A DNA stretch of 64,000 nucleotides, from positions 41,850,001 to 41,914,000 of the forward strand of contig NC_043014.1 of NCBI RefSeq assembly GCF_006345805.1. Direction: 5' to 3'. Positions 12,467 to 26,177 of this stretch are shown here, piece by piece (position 1 is the first letter of the stretch; each line of letters begins with the position of its first letter). This DNA comes from Octopus sinensis (Eukaryota). Position numbers and translations under genes: made by a program. The notes under the pieces are model-generated. The model did no database searches and was not told the DNA's origin. It worked only from the letters and a program-made list of their open reading frames with translations.

Positions 12467-12528
<62 letters not shown>

Positions 12529-12529
12529 T

Positions 12530-12574
<45 letters not shown>

Positions 12575-12603
12575 TAGACAGATAGATAGATAGATAGATA
12601 GAC

Positions 12604-12634
<31 letters not shown>

Positions 12635-12635
12635 C

Positions 12636-12686
<51 letters not shown>

Positions 12687-12687
12687 C

Positions 12688-12747
<60 letters not shown>

Positions 12748-12841
12748 GGATAGACAGATAGATAGACAGATAGATAGATAGACAGATAGATAGATAGATA
12801 GACAGATAGATAGATAGATAGATAGAGATAGATAGATAGAC

Positions 12842-12889
<48 letters not shown>

Positions 12890-12890
12890 G
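12458..12890. repeat. (GACA)n/(GATA)n tetranucleotide array
   Basis: Directly visible, about 430 bp. Confidence 0.97.
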
Positions 12891-13133
12891 GATGAGTCGA
12901 AACAGGGGCAGCTGAAGAAGGGGAACGGTTCCCTCTGTTGTTTGTCCTGTACTCTGTTTTTTCGTTGTTAAAAAAAGTCCGTTTCCTTGTTTTGTTTTTA
13001 TGATTTCGTTTCTCGTTGTGTTCTCCGTTTATCTGTGGTGTCCTGTACTCATATTTGCATGTATATATACATATAGATGTAGGTTTGTTCATATATGTAT
13101 GTATGTATGCATATGTTTTATTTATTAAATTGT

Positions 13134-13190
<57 letters not shown>

Positions 13191-13271
13191 GCACATCGAA
13201 TAATATTTATATTTATGCATATGTACATATAGGTTATGCAATTTATTATACACATATGTTCATTTATATAG

Positions 13272-13310
<39 letters not shown>

Positions 13311-13363
13311 CTCACCCCACCCCCACCCCCCACCCACCACACACACACACACATATATATATA

Positions 13364-13395
<32 letters not shown>

Positions 13396-14045
13396 AATGT
13401 ATGTATGCTTGTATACGTATATTATATTGTGTTTATATGTGGGAATCTGTGCGGACGTGTCTGGTGACGTGTGTTGAGTTGTTGTATTTGACATTATAGT
13501 GTTTGTTGTCTGTCTTTCGGGTGAAGGACAATACAATATATGCCCGGTTAATATATACCAAGGAGTTGCCTCCAATCAATTATACGCCATCACGTGAGAA
13601 GAAATAATGGCATTCTGTCAAGTGAAAAGAAAATATTATTTGTACGAGTATCATAACTAGCTATCGGTGAAATTATCTCACGTTTCAGGCAGTTATGAAC
13701 GATAAGAGAACGTATAGTGATGCCGTAGATAACAGAGGTGCCTAATCAACTATTACATAAACACTATTAGACAAAATACACTTATTGATTTCATACCACA
13801 CCTTCTCTGCATGCTTGGCAATACAGAGGTGAAATGGAAGTAAGTTTGCCATGACGTTAATGCTCTTATTAATGGAATCGTATCAGTGGAGTGCATGAAG
13901 TCAACTATACGCAGCAAGAAATCGAAACCGTATCACACTGATTTCCCCCTCAATTTGCGTTTGTGTTAATTATACGGCAATCTGATATGTTATAAAATGG
14001 GACTTCATGCGTTCAGTTTCATTCATTATTATTGCGGTAGATATA

Positions 14046-15330
14046 AAGGTGACGAACTGGCACGATCGTTAAGGGTGTCAGACAAATTGCTTGGTGTTAT
14101 TTCTTCCGGTCCGGCGTTCTGGTTTCAAATACTATCGAGGTCGAATTTGCATTTTATCCTTTCCGGGTCGATGAAATAAGTACCAGTCGAGGAATGTGGG
14201 GTCGATGTAATCGACTAGACCCTTCCCGCCAGATTTCAAGCCTTGTGTCCTATTGTGTAAAGGATTGTTACGATAGATACAAAAGTGGCGAGCTGGCAGA
14301 ATCGTTAACACGCCAGGCGAAATGCTTTGCGGTATTCCGTCTGCCGCTACGTTCTGAGTTCAAATTCCGCCGAGGTCAACTTTGCCTTTCATCCTTTCGG
14401 GGTCGATTAAATAAGTACCAGTTACACACTGGGGTCGATATAATTGACTTAATCCGTTTGTCTGTCCTTGTTTGTCCCCTCTGTATTTAGCCCCTTGTGG
14501 GTAGTAAAGAAATAGGTAATTATTCCGGCATTATGTTCAGAGTTCAACTTCCAGCAACGCTAACTTTGACTTTAGTCCCCTCAGGGTCGAGCACTGAGGT
14601 CAGTGTAATCGACTAGACCCCTCTCCCAAAATTTCCGGCCTTGCACCTAAAGAACAAAGGATCATTACGATAGATATAAAATTGGTGAGCTGGCACAATC
14701 GTTGGCAGGATTTCTTCCGAAACTTTACATCCTGAGTTCAAATTCTGCTACGGCCAAATTGGCCTTGTATCCCCTCGGAGTCAATAAAATAAGTATCAGT
14801 CGATCACTGGAGGTTGAAGTAAACCACTAGACCCACACCCACGGAATTTTAGGCCTTGTGCCTATAACAGAAAGGATTATTATAATAGATACAGAAGTGG
14901 TGAGCTGGTACAATCGTTAGCAGCATTTCTTCTGAAACTTTACGTCTTGAGTTCAAATTCTGCCGAGTCCAAATTTGCCTTCCATCCCCACAGGGTCGGC
15001 AAAATGGTATTCGTCGACCACTGGAGGTTGAAGCAAAAAGAAAAAAAACCCAAAAAACAACTAGATTCCACTCCCGGATATTTCGGGCCTTTTGCCTATA
15101 GGGCAAAGGATTATTACGAGAGATACAAAAGTAGCGAGCTAGTACAGTCGTTTAACGGTATTTTTTCCGAAATTCTACGTCCTGAGTTCAAATTCTGCCG
15201 AGGTCAAATTTGTCTTTCATCCTTTCAGAGTCGTTGACATAAAATAAGTACCTGTCAAGCATTGGGAGCCAATATAATCGACTAGAGCCCTCATTCCAAA
15301 TTCAGACCTTGTACCTATAGTAGAAAGAAT
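14046..15330 (+). mobile_element. Head-to-tail cluster of about 6 family B-related SINE units
   Basis: Recurrent GAGCTGGCA...GAGTTCAAATTC...ATAAAATAAGTACC...GACTAGACCC...GGATTATTACGATAGATA units; one young copy at 14286-14517. Confidence 0.8.
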
Positions 15331-15855
15331 TGCAATTACGATAAATACCAAGGTCAACGAGCCGATAAAATTATTAGTTACCACTCTCAGCTTCAAACAT
15401 TTTGGGTATTTTGTGCACGACATATCTAATTGAAAAACAAAAAGAAAAAGAAACAGATCATACAATGAGAGCTAGCAAGAGGAATTTTATAAAAAATGGA
15501 GGCTCTACCATGAGTCTGTAAACGCGTGGTGGTTCTCTAGAGTTACTTCATGTAGAACTGCATTAAGTTCTTATGAGTGATTGACGAGTGAATGTGTAGT
15601 AGAGTGTAGTCTATTTTATTTTACTCTATTTTATTCTTCTTTTCTCTCTGCTCTTTCTTTGTTTTTGATTTATTCATTTTATTATTATTATTATTATTTT
15701 TATTATTTTCTTTTGCTTTCTCTTTCTTTTCAGAATAAAAGGTCCTGTTCTGAAGTTGTTTTATACAAAACTTCACGGTTCCTTGGCCGTGTTGCCTTAA
15801 ATTATAACAGTGAAAACTGGAAATTAAAAAAGAAACCACTACGCCATATGCTCAC

Positions 15856-16109
15856 GGGCATATGGCGTAGTGGTTAAGAGCGCGGACAACTAACACCAAG
15901 ATTCCGAGTTCGATTCCAGACAGTGACTTGAATATAATAATAATAACAATAACAACATCAGAAAATACCTTAAGAATGAGAACCCACGTTCCAAATTTCC
16001 CCAAGACACCTGATGAAGGCTGCAGGGTATATCAGCCGAAACGTTGTGTTAACAGCAAACAAGATGAAGACAAATATCCGTCAAATGTAAATAATGTAAA
16101 AAAAAAAAA
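15856..16109 (+). mobile_element. tRNA-headed SINE-like element carrying a hammerhead ribozyme
   Basis: A box TGGCGTAGTGG (15863-15873), B box GTTCGATTCC (15908-15917), no acceptor stem, hammerhead at 16005-16050, A-tail, no internal T4. Confidence 0.8.
16005..16050 (+). ncRNA. Minimal type I hammerhead ribozyme (canonical core)
   Basis: GACAC CTGATGA A GGCTG-cagggtatat-CAGCC GAA ACGT T GTGTT: 5-bp stem I, 5-bp stem II, palindromic loopless stem III, GUU cleavage site. Confidence 0.82.
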
Positions 16110-16600
16110 GTTAATTAAAAAAAAATGTTGGTTCGTCAGACAAAATGTTCAGAGGGTTTTCTTCCGAGTATTTACGTTATGAGTTCGAGTTCCAGGCGGC
16201 GCTAACTTTTTCTTTTACGTTTTGAATTTGAATCCTGTTAGAGTCGAATTTACCATTCTTTCGTTTTGTTCATCGCCCTAACCATTTCACCAATATACCA
16301 CCCTACAGTGTCACATTACCTTCTGAAAAATAGCAGCCAAATTCCCCTCAAATACAATCTACATACAGCGTTAATTTTCGAGGTATACTAATTAGTGCTT
16401 GAGGATGTTGCGCAGGCCGCAAAAAAAAAAAAAAAAATAGATGAATAAATAAATAAACAAAAGCATGAATAGGAAAAAATCAAGTTCAATTTTTATTCGT
16501 CTTAGAATTTTGACAGAGACGCAACCAATTAAAGTGAACGGATTAAATTAACTGATACTTATTTAATCGACCTCGGGAGGATGAGATGCGAAGCTGGTCG

Positions 16601-16640
<40 letters not shown>

Positions 16641-16642
<2 letters not shown>

Positions 16643-16725
16643 CGGGAAGCTTTATGAAAATAAACAAAAGACGAAGGCAGGTGGAAAACAAACGAACAAT
16701 TGTATTAGTATGGCGCTCAGGAAAT
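16641..16725 (-). repeat. Truncated copy of the hammerhead element at 62695-62880
   Basis: aacgggaagctttatgaaaataaacaaaagacgaaggcaggtggaa…atggcgctcaggaa is near-identical; flanked by (TA)n and lacks the ribozyme. Confidence 0.85.
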
Positions 16726-16745
16726 ATATACATATACGTGAACAT

Positions 16746-16792
<47 letters not shown>

Positions 16793-17104
16793 GTGTGTGT
16801 GTGTAAGAAATCGAAAACAAAACAATAAATTGGACAATTATAAATTCAATTCAATTTCAATATTTTATACAAACATATGACACATCTCATAAATAACCTC
16901 TTTATCTCATAAGCACCTAGAAACTTCGGGAGATGTGAAACAATTCGTTTTTAATGATAGAACTCAAAGTAGATAAAGTTATATATATATAAAATATCAG
17001 ATATTTTTTAATATATTATTTTTAAAAACCTCCCCTCATAATTTATAAATTTTCCAACGAACTAAACCACCAAAAATGTGTACCTTATTCTATTTTAAAA
17101 AACG

Positions 17105-17268
17105 GTGTAGGAGTGGCTGTGTGGTAAATAGCTTGCCTACCAACCACATGGTTCCGGGTTCAGTCCTACTGCATGACACCTTGGGCAAGTGTCTTCTACT
17201 GTAGCCTCGGACCGACAAAAGCCTCGTGAGTGGATTTGGTAGATGGAAACTGAAAGAAGCTCGTCGTA

Positions 17269-17327
<59 letters not shown>

Positions 17328-17551
17328 GTGTGTGTATATTTTTGTGTGTTCATGTTTGTCCCCCCCAACATCACTTGACAACAGATACTGGTGTGTTTAC
17401 GTCCCCGTAACTTAGCGGTTCGGCAAAAGAGAGCGATATAATAAGTACTAGGCTTACAAAGAATCAGTCCTGGGGTCGATTTGCTCGACTAAAGGAAGTG
17501 CTCAAGCATGGCCGCAGTGAAATGACTAAAACAAGTAAAAGAGTAAGAGTA
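17105..17551 (+). mobile_element. SINE family A
   Basis: Full head, body and tail with central microsatellite. Confidence 0.92.
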
Positions 17552-17609
17552 TATGCATTGGGTAGCATTGTCCCATCACGCAGTAAATTTATTTCAAAAA
17601 TCAGAACAA

Positions 17610-17805
17610 GGTTAGTAATTTCGTGGACAAGGGATAAGTCGATTACATCGACCCCCAGCGCTTAACTGATCGTTATTTTATCGACCCGGAAAGAATGACG
17701 GGCAAAGTCAACCCCAGTAAAATTTAAACTTAGAAATTAAAGACGGACGAAATGCCACTAAGCATTTTGCTCGGCGTGCTACCGATTCTGCAAGCCCTTG
17801 CCCTT
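17610..17805 (-). mobile_element. SINE family B-related, older copy
   Basis: aagtcgattacatcgacccc…aaagtcaacc…gacgaaatgccactaagcattttgc. Confidence 0.8.
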
Positions 17806-18575
17806 ACATTACGTAGTACATTACAAACACGGGCAGGCCGGTTGCGGTTGGAATGATTTTTTTTTTTTTCCCCACTGAATTAGACTGGAGATAAGCGGTA
17901 AAAACAATATGATGTTGGACAACATAGTAAGCTGTGACAATCTATGGTTAGACAATGTTCTCAATACTTCATATCTAACAATGTGATGAAATGCTCATGA
18001 TAGAGAGAATCCTTAAATCTTATTTATTGAAAGGCTTTTAAGAAATCCTTCATGTGCATAGGTTTGTCAAAGCGGATTTACAAGGTGAAGTAAATGAAGA
18101 GGCTGCGCTTCAGAAACTATACTAAAAAAAATGGATTTTAAATTACTATTTGCAACAGCTTTGAATATTTCCTGGTCATGTTATCACCATCATTTAATCA
18201 TTTAATTGTGTCTTTAGAGTAAATTTACTTACGGCCCAACCCATCATGCCATAAAGGATGCTAGGAGAAGTTAGGGTTTTTTTAATGACAAATGAGAAAG
18301 TTACACTATTTTGTAAAGTTTGATAGTGGTAAATTGCTTGCTCTCTGATACTTAACTTTGAACAATAAAAAAATACAAAGTGCATCAACTCGATGCGAAT
18401 CAAGAAGACAAAATATGCCACATTAGAGGGTGCGCCTCCAAAGATTACATTGAAGAAATTATATGGCAATTATTACATTCAGTATTACATCAAAGTAACG
18501 TTAAGACTGATTCAAGTTGCTTGAAAAGAAAAAATGGTAAGTCTTTTTACCGATGCAGAGTTTATGAAGGAATAT

Positions 18576-18900
18576 GATGAGACCCCACTTCGGTCATGAC
18601 TGACCGTGGGATTGCAACTAGAAAGTTACCCTCCCAGGCACAAGTCCGGGCAAGGTTGTTTATGGAAGACCAGCAGTCGCTCATGCATACCAGCCTCCCC
18701 TCTCCACGCCGCCAGTGTTGTCCAAGGGAAAGGCAAAGGCCGATACAGCTTGACACCTGTGACATCGCAACTCATTTCTAGAGCTGAGTGAACTGGAGCA
18801 ACATGAAATAAAGTGTCTTGCTCAAGAACACAACACGCAGCCCGGTCCTAGATTTGTACTCACAACCTCACGATCTAACCACTGAACCATGCACCTTCAC
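18576..18900 (-). mobile_element. tRNA-derived CORE-like SINE, family D, with 11-bp TSD
   Basis: Reverse strand GTGAAGGTGCATGGTTCAGTGGTTAG...TGTGTTCTTGAGCAAGACACTTTA; flanked by TGAAGGAATAT / TGAAGAAATAT. Confidence 0.82.
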
Positions 18901-19247
18901 TGAAGAAATATATTGTTGAAATTGTAGGATGCTTAAATACACATAAAGTTAAATATAAAGGCGTGCCTCTTTCAAGAGCATGGAATTTACTTGTAATGGA
19001 ACAGGATGACTTTAAAGAAAAAATAGCTTTGGGTGATCACTATTCGGAGATTTTTTCTTCATCGCTTCTGTATATTTCCCTCCCACTTACTCCACTGTTG
19101 CAGAATATGCAGGCGTTGTGTGTTAGATGGGTGGGCACTTCATCCGAATTACGGCAAATGAGAGTCGTGTCAGCATGCACAGACCATTACAATAGAGGTG
19201 CCAACAGGAGTACTCATTAACTTGGAGAAGTTGGTAGGTTTACAACT

Positions 19248-19479
19248 CGAAGGCGGTGAGCTGGCAGAAACGATATCACGCCGGGCGAAATGCGTAGCCG
19301 TATTTCGTCTGCCGTTACGTTCTGAGTTCAAATTCCGCCGAGGTCGACTTTGCCTTTCATCCTTTCGGGGTCGATTAAATAAGTACCAGTTACGCACTGG
19401 GGTCGATATAATCGACTTAATCCGTTTGTCTGTCCTTTTCATCCCCTCTGTGTTTAGCCCGTGGGTAGTAAAGAAATAA
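19248..19479 (+). mobile_element. SINE family B, full monomer with 14-bp TSD
   Basis: GTAGGTTTACAACT at 19234-19247 and 19480-19493. Confidence 0.93.
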
Positions 19480-19781
19480 GTAGGTTTACAACTGGGTAAG
19501 TAGATTGACAAGTTCCGTGCTTGTCACATGTCTAAGAACCGGCTTTCTCGTTAACGCGCAGGACAGGTGTACAATGCAGCAAATCATTGTACAATGCAGC
19601 AAATCCAACGTTAATCACCTGGCGGAAATTTGGATTGAGCACAGCCGTCAGATTCGATATTCTATCCTAAAGAATCTTCTTGAGTGGTCCTAATTTCCAG
19701 AGCCTCATCAAACCCATAATTGTCTCTATGCTTTATCGGACAGGGGTACAACACTCTTACAACACCTCTGTAATATAATAT

Positions 19782-20015
19782 TTATTTCTTTACTACCCAC
19801 AAGGGGCTAAACACAGAAAGGACAAACAAGGACAGACACACACGGATTAAGTCGATTACATCGACCTCAGTGCGTAACTAGTACTTAATTTATCGACCCT
19901 GAAAGGATGAAAGGTAAAGTCGACCTCGGCGGAATTTGAACTCAGAACGTAACGGTAGACGAAATACGGCTACGCATTTTGCCCGGCGTGCTAACGATTC
20001 TGCCAGCTCGCCGCC
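19782..20015 (-). mobile_element. SINE family B, full monomer
   Basis: Reverse complement of the 19248 copy. Confidence 0.92.
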
Positions 20016-20514
20016 TATTGACTTATGGACCGATATAGACCCTTTTGTTAGCGTATACTTGTGATTATACTCTTTGTAAAGAAAACCACACCATCCCACT
20101 TCAGACCCAGAGCCGCTATCGTATGCAAGCTTGCAACTGTTGAGAGCAAAGGCACCGTTATGGAATCGAACCAGCAAGTAACGTGGCTGCGAAGCGAACT
20201 ACTTAACCACAAGGCAAGCAAAAGTCCAATTTTGCAAACGAAACACAATACATCGGTATGCAGGGCATATAATGATTTCACATCAGCTGAATATATCTCA
20301 TTTGAAAGTTAGCTTATCAGTGCTTCTTATCATATGATTTATTTAGCTTTCGCTCACACAATAACCGCTAAGGCATTCTTGCTTTATTAATATTCCTACT
20401 TATTTAATCATAATTCCATATTACTTCAAATAGTAGGATTTACGAATAAATCTAAGCGTACATATGCATAAGTACACATACACACAAGGACATCAATACG
20501 CTCGCACACAGACA

Positions 20515-20663
20515 TCACGCATATGTATGTATGTATGTATATATGTATGTACACACAAATATATATATATATAAATATACGTATATATATATGCGTTTAT
20601 ATAGAATTATATGTATATATTTAAATGTGTGTATGCATATGTATGTATATATGTATGTATGTA

Positions 20664-20694
<31 letters not shown>

Positions 20695-20775
20695 GTTTAT
20701 GTATATATATATATACATATGCTGATATATAGAATTATATGTATGAATTTAAATGTGCGCATGTATGTATATATG

Positions 20776-20812
<37 letters not shown>

Positions 20813-21160
20813 TTGTGTGTATGTGTGTGTGTGTGAGTGTGTGTGTGTGTATAAGTATAATGATGATATATATGTAATAAATATAATTACACACACACAC
20901 ACACATATAAGTATATATATCCTAGATAGTATGGTGTGTGGATATATTATATATACGTATATATATACATATATGTGTGTGTATGTATGTCGTATGATGT
21001 ATGTAGTATGTATGCATGTATGTATGTAGCGCTATGCACTGTCTGTATCCACTTTCACATAGACATATATATATATATATATATATAATATATATATATA
21101 TATATAGATACATATATATATATATATATTATAGATATATATTTATATTATATATAATAT

Positions 21161-21193
<33 letters not shown>

Positions 21194-21625
21194 TATATAT
21201 AGATATATATAATATCTATATACATTATATATAATATATCTCACTGGCCATATGACGTTAAGTTTCAACCACTAATTACATCCCAAGAGCAGATATGTAG
21301 CGGGTGTTATGGGAATTGCAGACAAATAGGCTCAGTGTCTACTCAATTATAGCTGATGACACTTGGTACATTACCAACATGGGGTAGTGTCTCATCTGGT
21401 GAGGCTTCGTGGGTTGCACCTTTATATAAACATGCAAAGAACTTTATGTTTAGCGTGGCTTTTTCTTCATCAAATGTTGGTTACTGGTGGTAATATCCCA
21501 AACACACACATACACATACATAGAGAAACAAACGTACATACATATATATAATATATATATATACAAATACATATACACATACACATTCATTTATGTCGGT
21601 TTATATATCTCTGTCTATCTGTCTG

Positions 21626-21667
<42 letters not shown>

Positions 21668-21672
21668 ATCTT

Positions 21673-21729
<57 letters not shown>

Positions 21730-21815
21730 TTATCAATCAATCTATGTATGTATGTATGTATGTAAGTATCTGTCTATCTATCTATTTATCCATCCATCTA
21801 TCTATCTATCTATCT

Positions 21816-21874
<59 letters not shown>

Positions 21875-22056
21875 CATACATACACACAAACACATACACA
21901 CACACACACACACACACACGTATATATATAAACAGATACTGAGGTGTATTTATATTCAAAATTTTTTATATTGGATTACATACACACACACACACGTATA
22001 TAAACATATATATTAGCTCCTCTGTAATTATACATACATATATAAATACACATCCA

Positions 22057-22135
<79 letters not shown>

Positions 22136-22429
22136 ATATATATGTATGTAATTATATACGTGTGTGTGTGTGTGCGTGTGTATATTTAAGAGGTATTATG
22201 AAAATTTAATACTTAAACATACTTTCATTACCCAAAACGAGACATACATCACGTAAGAGCACGTGTGTATTTTATCTCTGCGTGTATGTATGCACATATG
22301 AAATCATTTAAATTCTTCCTTACGCGCGCGCGTACACACACACGCACACACTCCCCCACACCCATACGTGTATATGGAAGTAATTAAATCATTATATACA
22401 TATATACATATGCAGCATTGTATATATAT

Positions 22430-22474
<45 letters not shown>

Positions 22475-22500
22475 TATGTATGTATAAACTGAAATATATT
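20515..22500. repeat. Compound (TA)/(TG)/(TATC)/(TC) microsatellite region
   Basis: Directly visible, with short unique interruptions such as 21240-21500. Confidence 0.9.
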
Positions 22501-22994
22501 ATAATGTAATATGTATGTATGTGGGTATATTATGTCGTATGAAATTACATTAAAGACCATATCTATTACAAAATAATATATATTAGATTATATTATATAT
22601 TTCATTATTATATTATTTAATGATATAATCTATTATATACATAATCTATTTCGTAGAATGGTTGCGTAAATTTAGACCCTGTTATTACTCGGAGTTTTCT
22701 ATTATATTTCTGTAGAGGCAGAAAGCTGCGATAAAATCCGAAACCTTCTTACTTCGAGAATTAAGGAATGAGCTCCTGCGTCGTCGTTTGATATGCTGGA
22801 TATCGTAGCTAAATCTTTCTCATATCGAATCTTACAGTATTAAACAAGGAGGGACAAATTTGATAATGTACCTTTAGACGCGCCTAAGAAGACGGTCAAA
22901 GACTGAACCCTTTTGGTGATAGCTTTGCTCCGTGAAATTCGTCATGGAACTAATAATGAACAACATTTATAGTTTTTCCATTTCGTTTGAATCC

Positions 22995-23166
22995 TAAACC
23001 CACAGTTCCGGGCAACTTGTGCAATTGTTTTCCATTATAGCATCGGGTCGGCCTAAACCTTGTGACTGGATTTGGTTGAGGTAAATGGAAAAAGTCCCCT
23101 CATATATATATATATATATATATTTACTTGTTTCAGTCCCTTGACTTCGGTCATGCCGGAGCACCG

Positions 23167-23201
<35 letters not shown>

Positions 23202-23440
23202 TATATGTATGTATACACGCATATGTGTGTGTCGATGTTTTTGATTGTCCAGCCCTCACGCTTGCCAACCGGAGTTGGTTTGCTTGCATCTCCATAACGT
23301 ACCAGTTCGGCGAAGGTGACCAATAAATTAACAATCCAGGCTTCAAAAATAAATACTGCTAGCGATTTGTTCGTTTAAACCCTTCAAGGTGGTGCGTCAA
23401 AATGACCGCAATCCAGTGACTGAAACAAGTAAAAGATAAA
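22995..23440 (+). mobile_element. Old family A SINE with an inverted tail fragment in its central (TA)n
   Basis: Diverged body plus ttacttgtttcagtcccttgacttcggtcatgccggagcaccgcctt at about 23123-23170. Confidence 0.7.
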
Positions 23441-23447
23441 TATAGGC

Positions 23448-23515
<68 letters not shown>

Positions 23516-24762
23516 GTTTAGATGTGTGTGTGGTGGAATAATCACGGTTCACCTTCCACCCCAAGCAATCCTTGACTTCTTCCTAACTCAACCTTATTCG
23601 TCCGAATTCCTCAAGGAAGTGCCACATTCGCCGTTGATGGGCTGTACTACACACCGCATATAGCAGTAATTGGATCACAGTTGCCCACAACATGGCTCTT
23701 CAGACTGGTAAATAAAACAAATAAAACCTTCAATGTATAATAATTCAAGTTCCTACGTGCTGGTCGTGCGGTTAGCAATTGCGCTAAAATCAAGGAATTT
23801 GTGGATATTGAATCGGTGTCCCGGATTAGAGTTCTCAGAGGCAAAGTAAACGGCTGCTTTAAGGAAGCAAGTGTTATCTTAGGTGTTAGTTCTGTCACGA
23901 GGTTACTGAGTCAAAAGGGCTGGGTATACTCTAGTTCCCATGGTTTACCAGTGAACAAGAATACTGTACTTCCATCACCTAAACAAGACGCCACTCCATT
24001 GGAAGATTTAACCAGCAGGCTATTACTGGGTCCAATTTTTAGCCGGAACAACATGAATTAAAGCCGGAGCAACGTGCTCTATGCTCAACAATATTACGCG
24101 TTGTCCGGTATTTGAATAAAAACTACGACCGTACGATCTTGAGTCCAACATCCTAACATAAATTTATGTCTTGTTTTGTTTTCTTTTTTCGAATTTGTCT
24201 TCTTAATTTCAAAATCATACCCCCACTTACAGTTTCTATACATTTTCAAGTAAAGAAATCTTGTCCATTGTGTATATATCTGATTGGGATAAAAGTTGGA
24301 ACCAATCTTTATTTTCTTATTATCATTTGTGAAGGAATCCCTTGGTTTTTTTCTCCCCTCCTTCATAGCAAAAGGTTACATATTTTTCTTCCGTCAAGTC
24401 ATACTTTTGCTTCAGGTTCATCATTCCAACAGATGTGAACATACGAATGAGCATTCAACTACATACTTTCCGTACTATGCTTTCTACTGATTTTTCGTAT
24501 GTTGCGACGTGTGAAACCCAATTTGTGCCACATTATCTCATTTTCCATCACCGAGCTCTCAACTGGAGACAGCGTCCTCCTCCTCACGTGATATGCTGAA
24601 TGACATGAGAGTTGAGGCTCTTGTTTGATTTTGCTTACAATTTTATTCATTTCCACAGATGTTTGTGAATCTGATAGAAACTCTCCCAAGACCAGATATT
24701 GACACCTGTGAGACATCAATACAATCTATAGTTTTAATTTATTGTTGTTATTATTGTTGATA

Positions 24763-24963
24763 GGCGTTGAAGTGGCTGTGTGGTAAGGAGCTTGTTTACG
24801 AACCACATGGTTCCGGGTTTAGTCCCACTGCGTGGCACCTTGGGCAAATGTCTTCTACTACTGTGTGTGTATATATATATGTATGTGTGTGTATACGTTT
24901 ATGTGTCTACTCACAAAGCCTTGTGAGTAGATTTGGTAGACGGAAACTTAAAAAAGCCCGTCG

Positions 24964-25020
<57 letters not shown>

Positions 25021-25249
25021 GTGTGTGTATGTTTGTGTGTCTGTGTTTGTCCCCCCCCCTCAACATCGCTTGACAACCGATGCTGGTGTATTTACGTCCC
25101 CGTAACTTTACGGTTCGGCGAAAAGAAACCGATAGAATAAGTACTAGGCTTACAAAGAATAGGTCCTGGAGTCGATTTCCTCGACTAAAAGCGGTGCTCC
25201 AGCATGGCCGCAGTCAAATGACTGAAACAAGTAAAATAGAGTAAGGAGT
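24763..25249 (+). mobile_element. SINE family A with a second (TG/TA) insert
   Basis: Shared head and tail; extra microsatellite at 24862-24908. Confidence 0.9.
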
Positions 25250-25538
25250 GAACAATAGCAATAAATAATTATCCTAAACGTAGATTCGTCTTTTCTGGGA
25301 GGTGTATGACGATTACTCAGATTCGTTTCGCAATTTCAGAAATGTATTGAAAAGGCAGGACTTTTAGAGGATGCCAAAGATTGCTTTACGCTGCTTAGCC
25401 TAGCTTCCTGTGCTCTGAGTTCAAACTCCATCGAATTCAATTTTGTCTTTCAGCTATTCGAAGTTGATAAATAAAATACTAGTCCCGTTCTAGTTCATTG
25501 CTTTCCGAGCTCAAATCGCGTCGGGATCAATTTATTAC

Positions 25539-25771
25539 TTATTTCTTTACTACCCACAAAGGGCTAAACACACAGAGGACAAACAAGGACAGACAAACGG
25601 ATTAAGTCGATTTTATCGATCCCAGTGCGTAACTGGTACTTATTTAATCGACCCCGAAAGGTTGAAAGGCAAAGTCGACCTCGGCGGAATTTGAACTCAG
25701 AACGTAGCAGCAGACGAAATACCACTAAGCATTTCGCCCGGCGTGCTAACGTTTCTGCCAGCTCACCGCCT
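25539..25771 (-). mobile_element. SINE family B, full monomer
   Basis: Matches the other copies. Confidence 0.92.
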
Positions 25772-26177
25772 TCGATTTATTACCTTTCAGTCATTCAGAG
25801 ACGATAAATAAAGTACCAATTCGCCTACCCACACTCTCTCCCTCTCTGGTGTAATTCAAAGATCCAACCGTGTCACACATGTTTCACTAATTCTGTTTTG
25901 ATAAGTAACTTAAGGTTATATACATTTGCGGAATACTCAGCCGCATTTTTAACGATGTGGAATTCATATGGTTAAATAATCGAATACTCAGGGTCGAAAA
26001 TTCATCGTTACGTTTAAAATTCATCTTTATATTGGGAAGCAATCATAACTTCACGTATATGCGTGTTTTCCCGTGTTTAATATTTTATTGAGTATTTTTT
26101 AAAAATATTTTCTTCTTGGTTCGTTATGTATAATTAGGAACAATTCTCTATTATAAACCCAAGGAATGAAATTTTGA

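Larger units (their letters stand above)
18290..19690 (+). pseudogene. Decayed hAT (Buster/SPIN-like) transposase remnant interrupted by two SINEs
   Basis: Removing the SINE at 18576-18900 joins SLFTDAEFMKEY to IVEIVGCLNTHKVKYKGVPLSR, resembling the KPFxDGEFxKE...xPLSR motif of these transposases; also YFVKFDSGK...KKYKVH and LEKLVG. Many frameshifts. Confidence 0.55.

Noticed and set aside
12895-12955. GAAAC…CTGAAGA plus hairpin AGGGGAAC/GTTCCCT
   Set aside because: The elements cannot be arranged into a complete hammerhead topology.
14194-14490. Recurrent ORFs such as LRSEFKFRRGRLCLSSFRGR and ASFSFRLPNPLTRLW
   Set aside because: Translations of non-coding SINE families A and B.
15856-15927. 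Possible tRNA gene
   Set aside because: No acceptor stem or proper anticodon arm; treated as a SINE head.
20145-20216. tRNA-like sequence on the minus strand
   Set aside because: It has A/B-box-like motifs but no cloverleaf; best read as a decayed SINE head.
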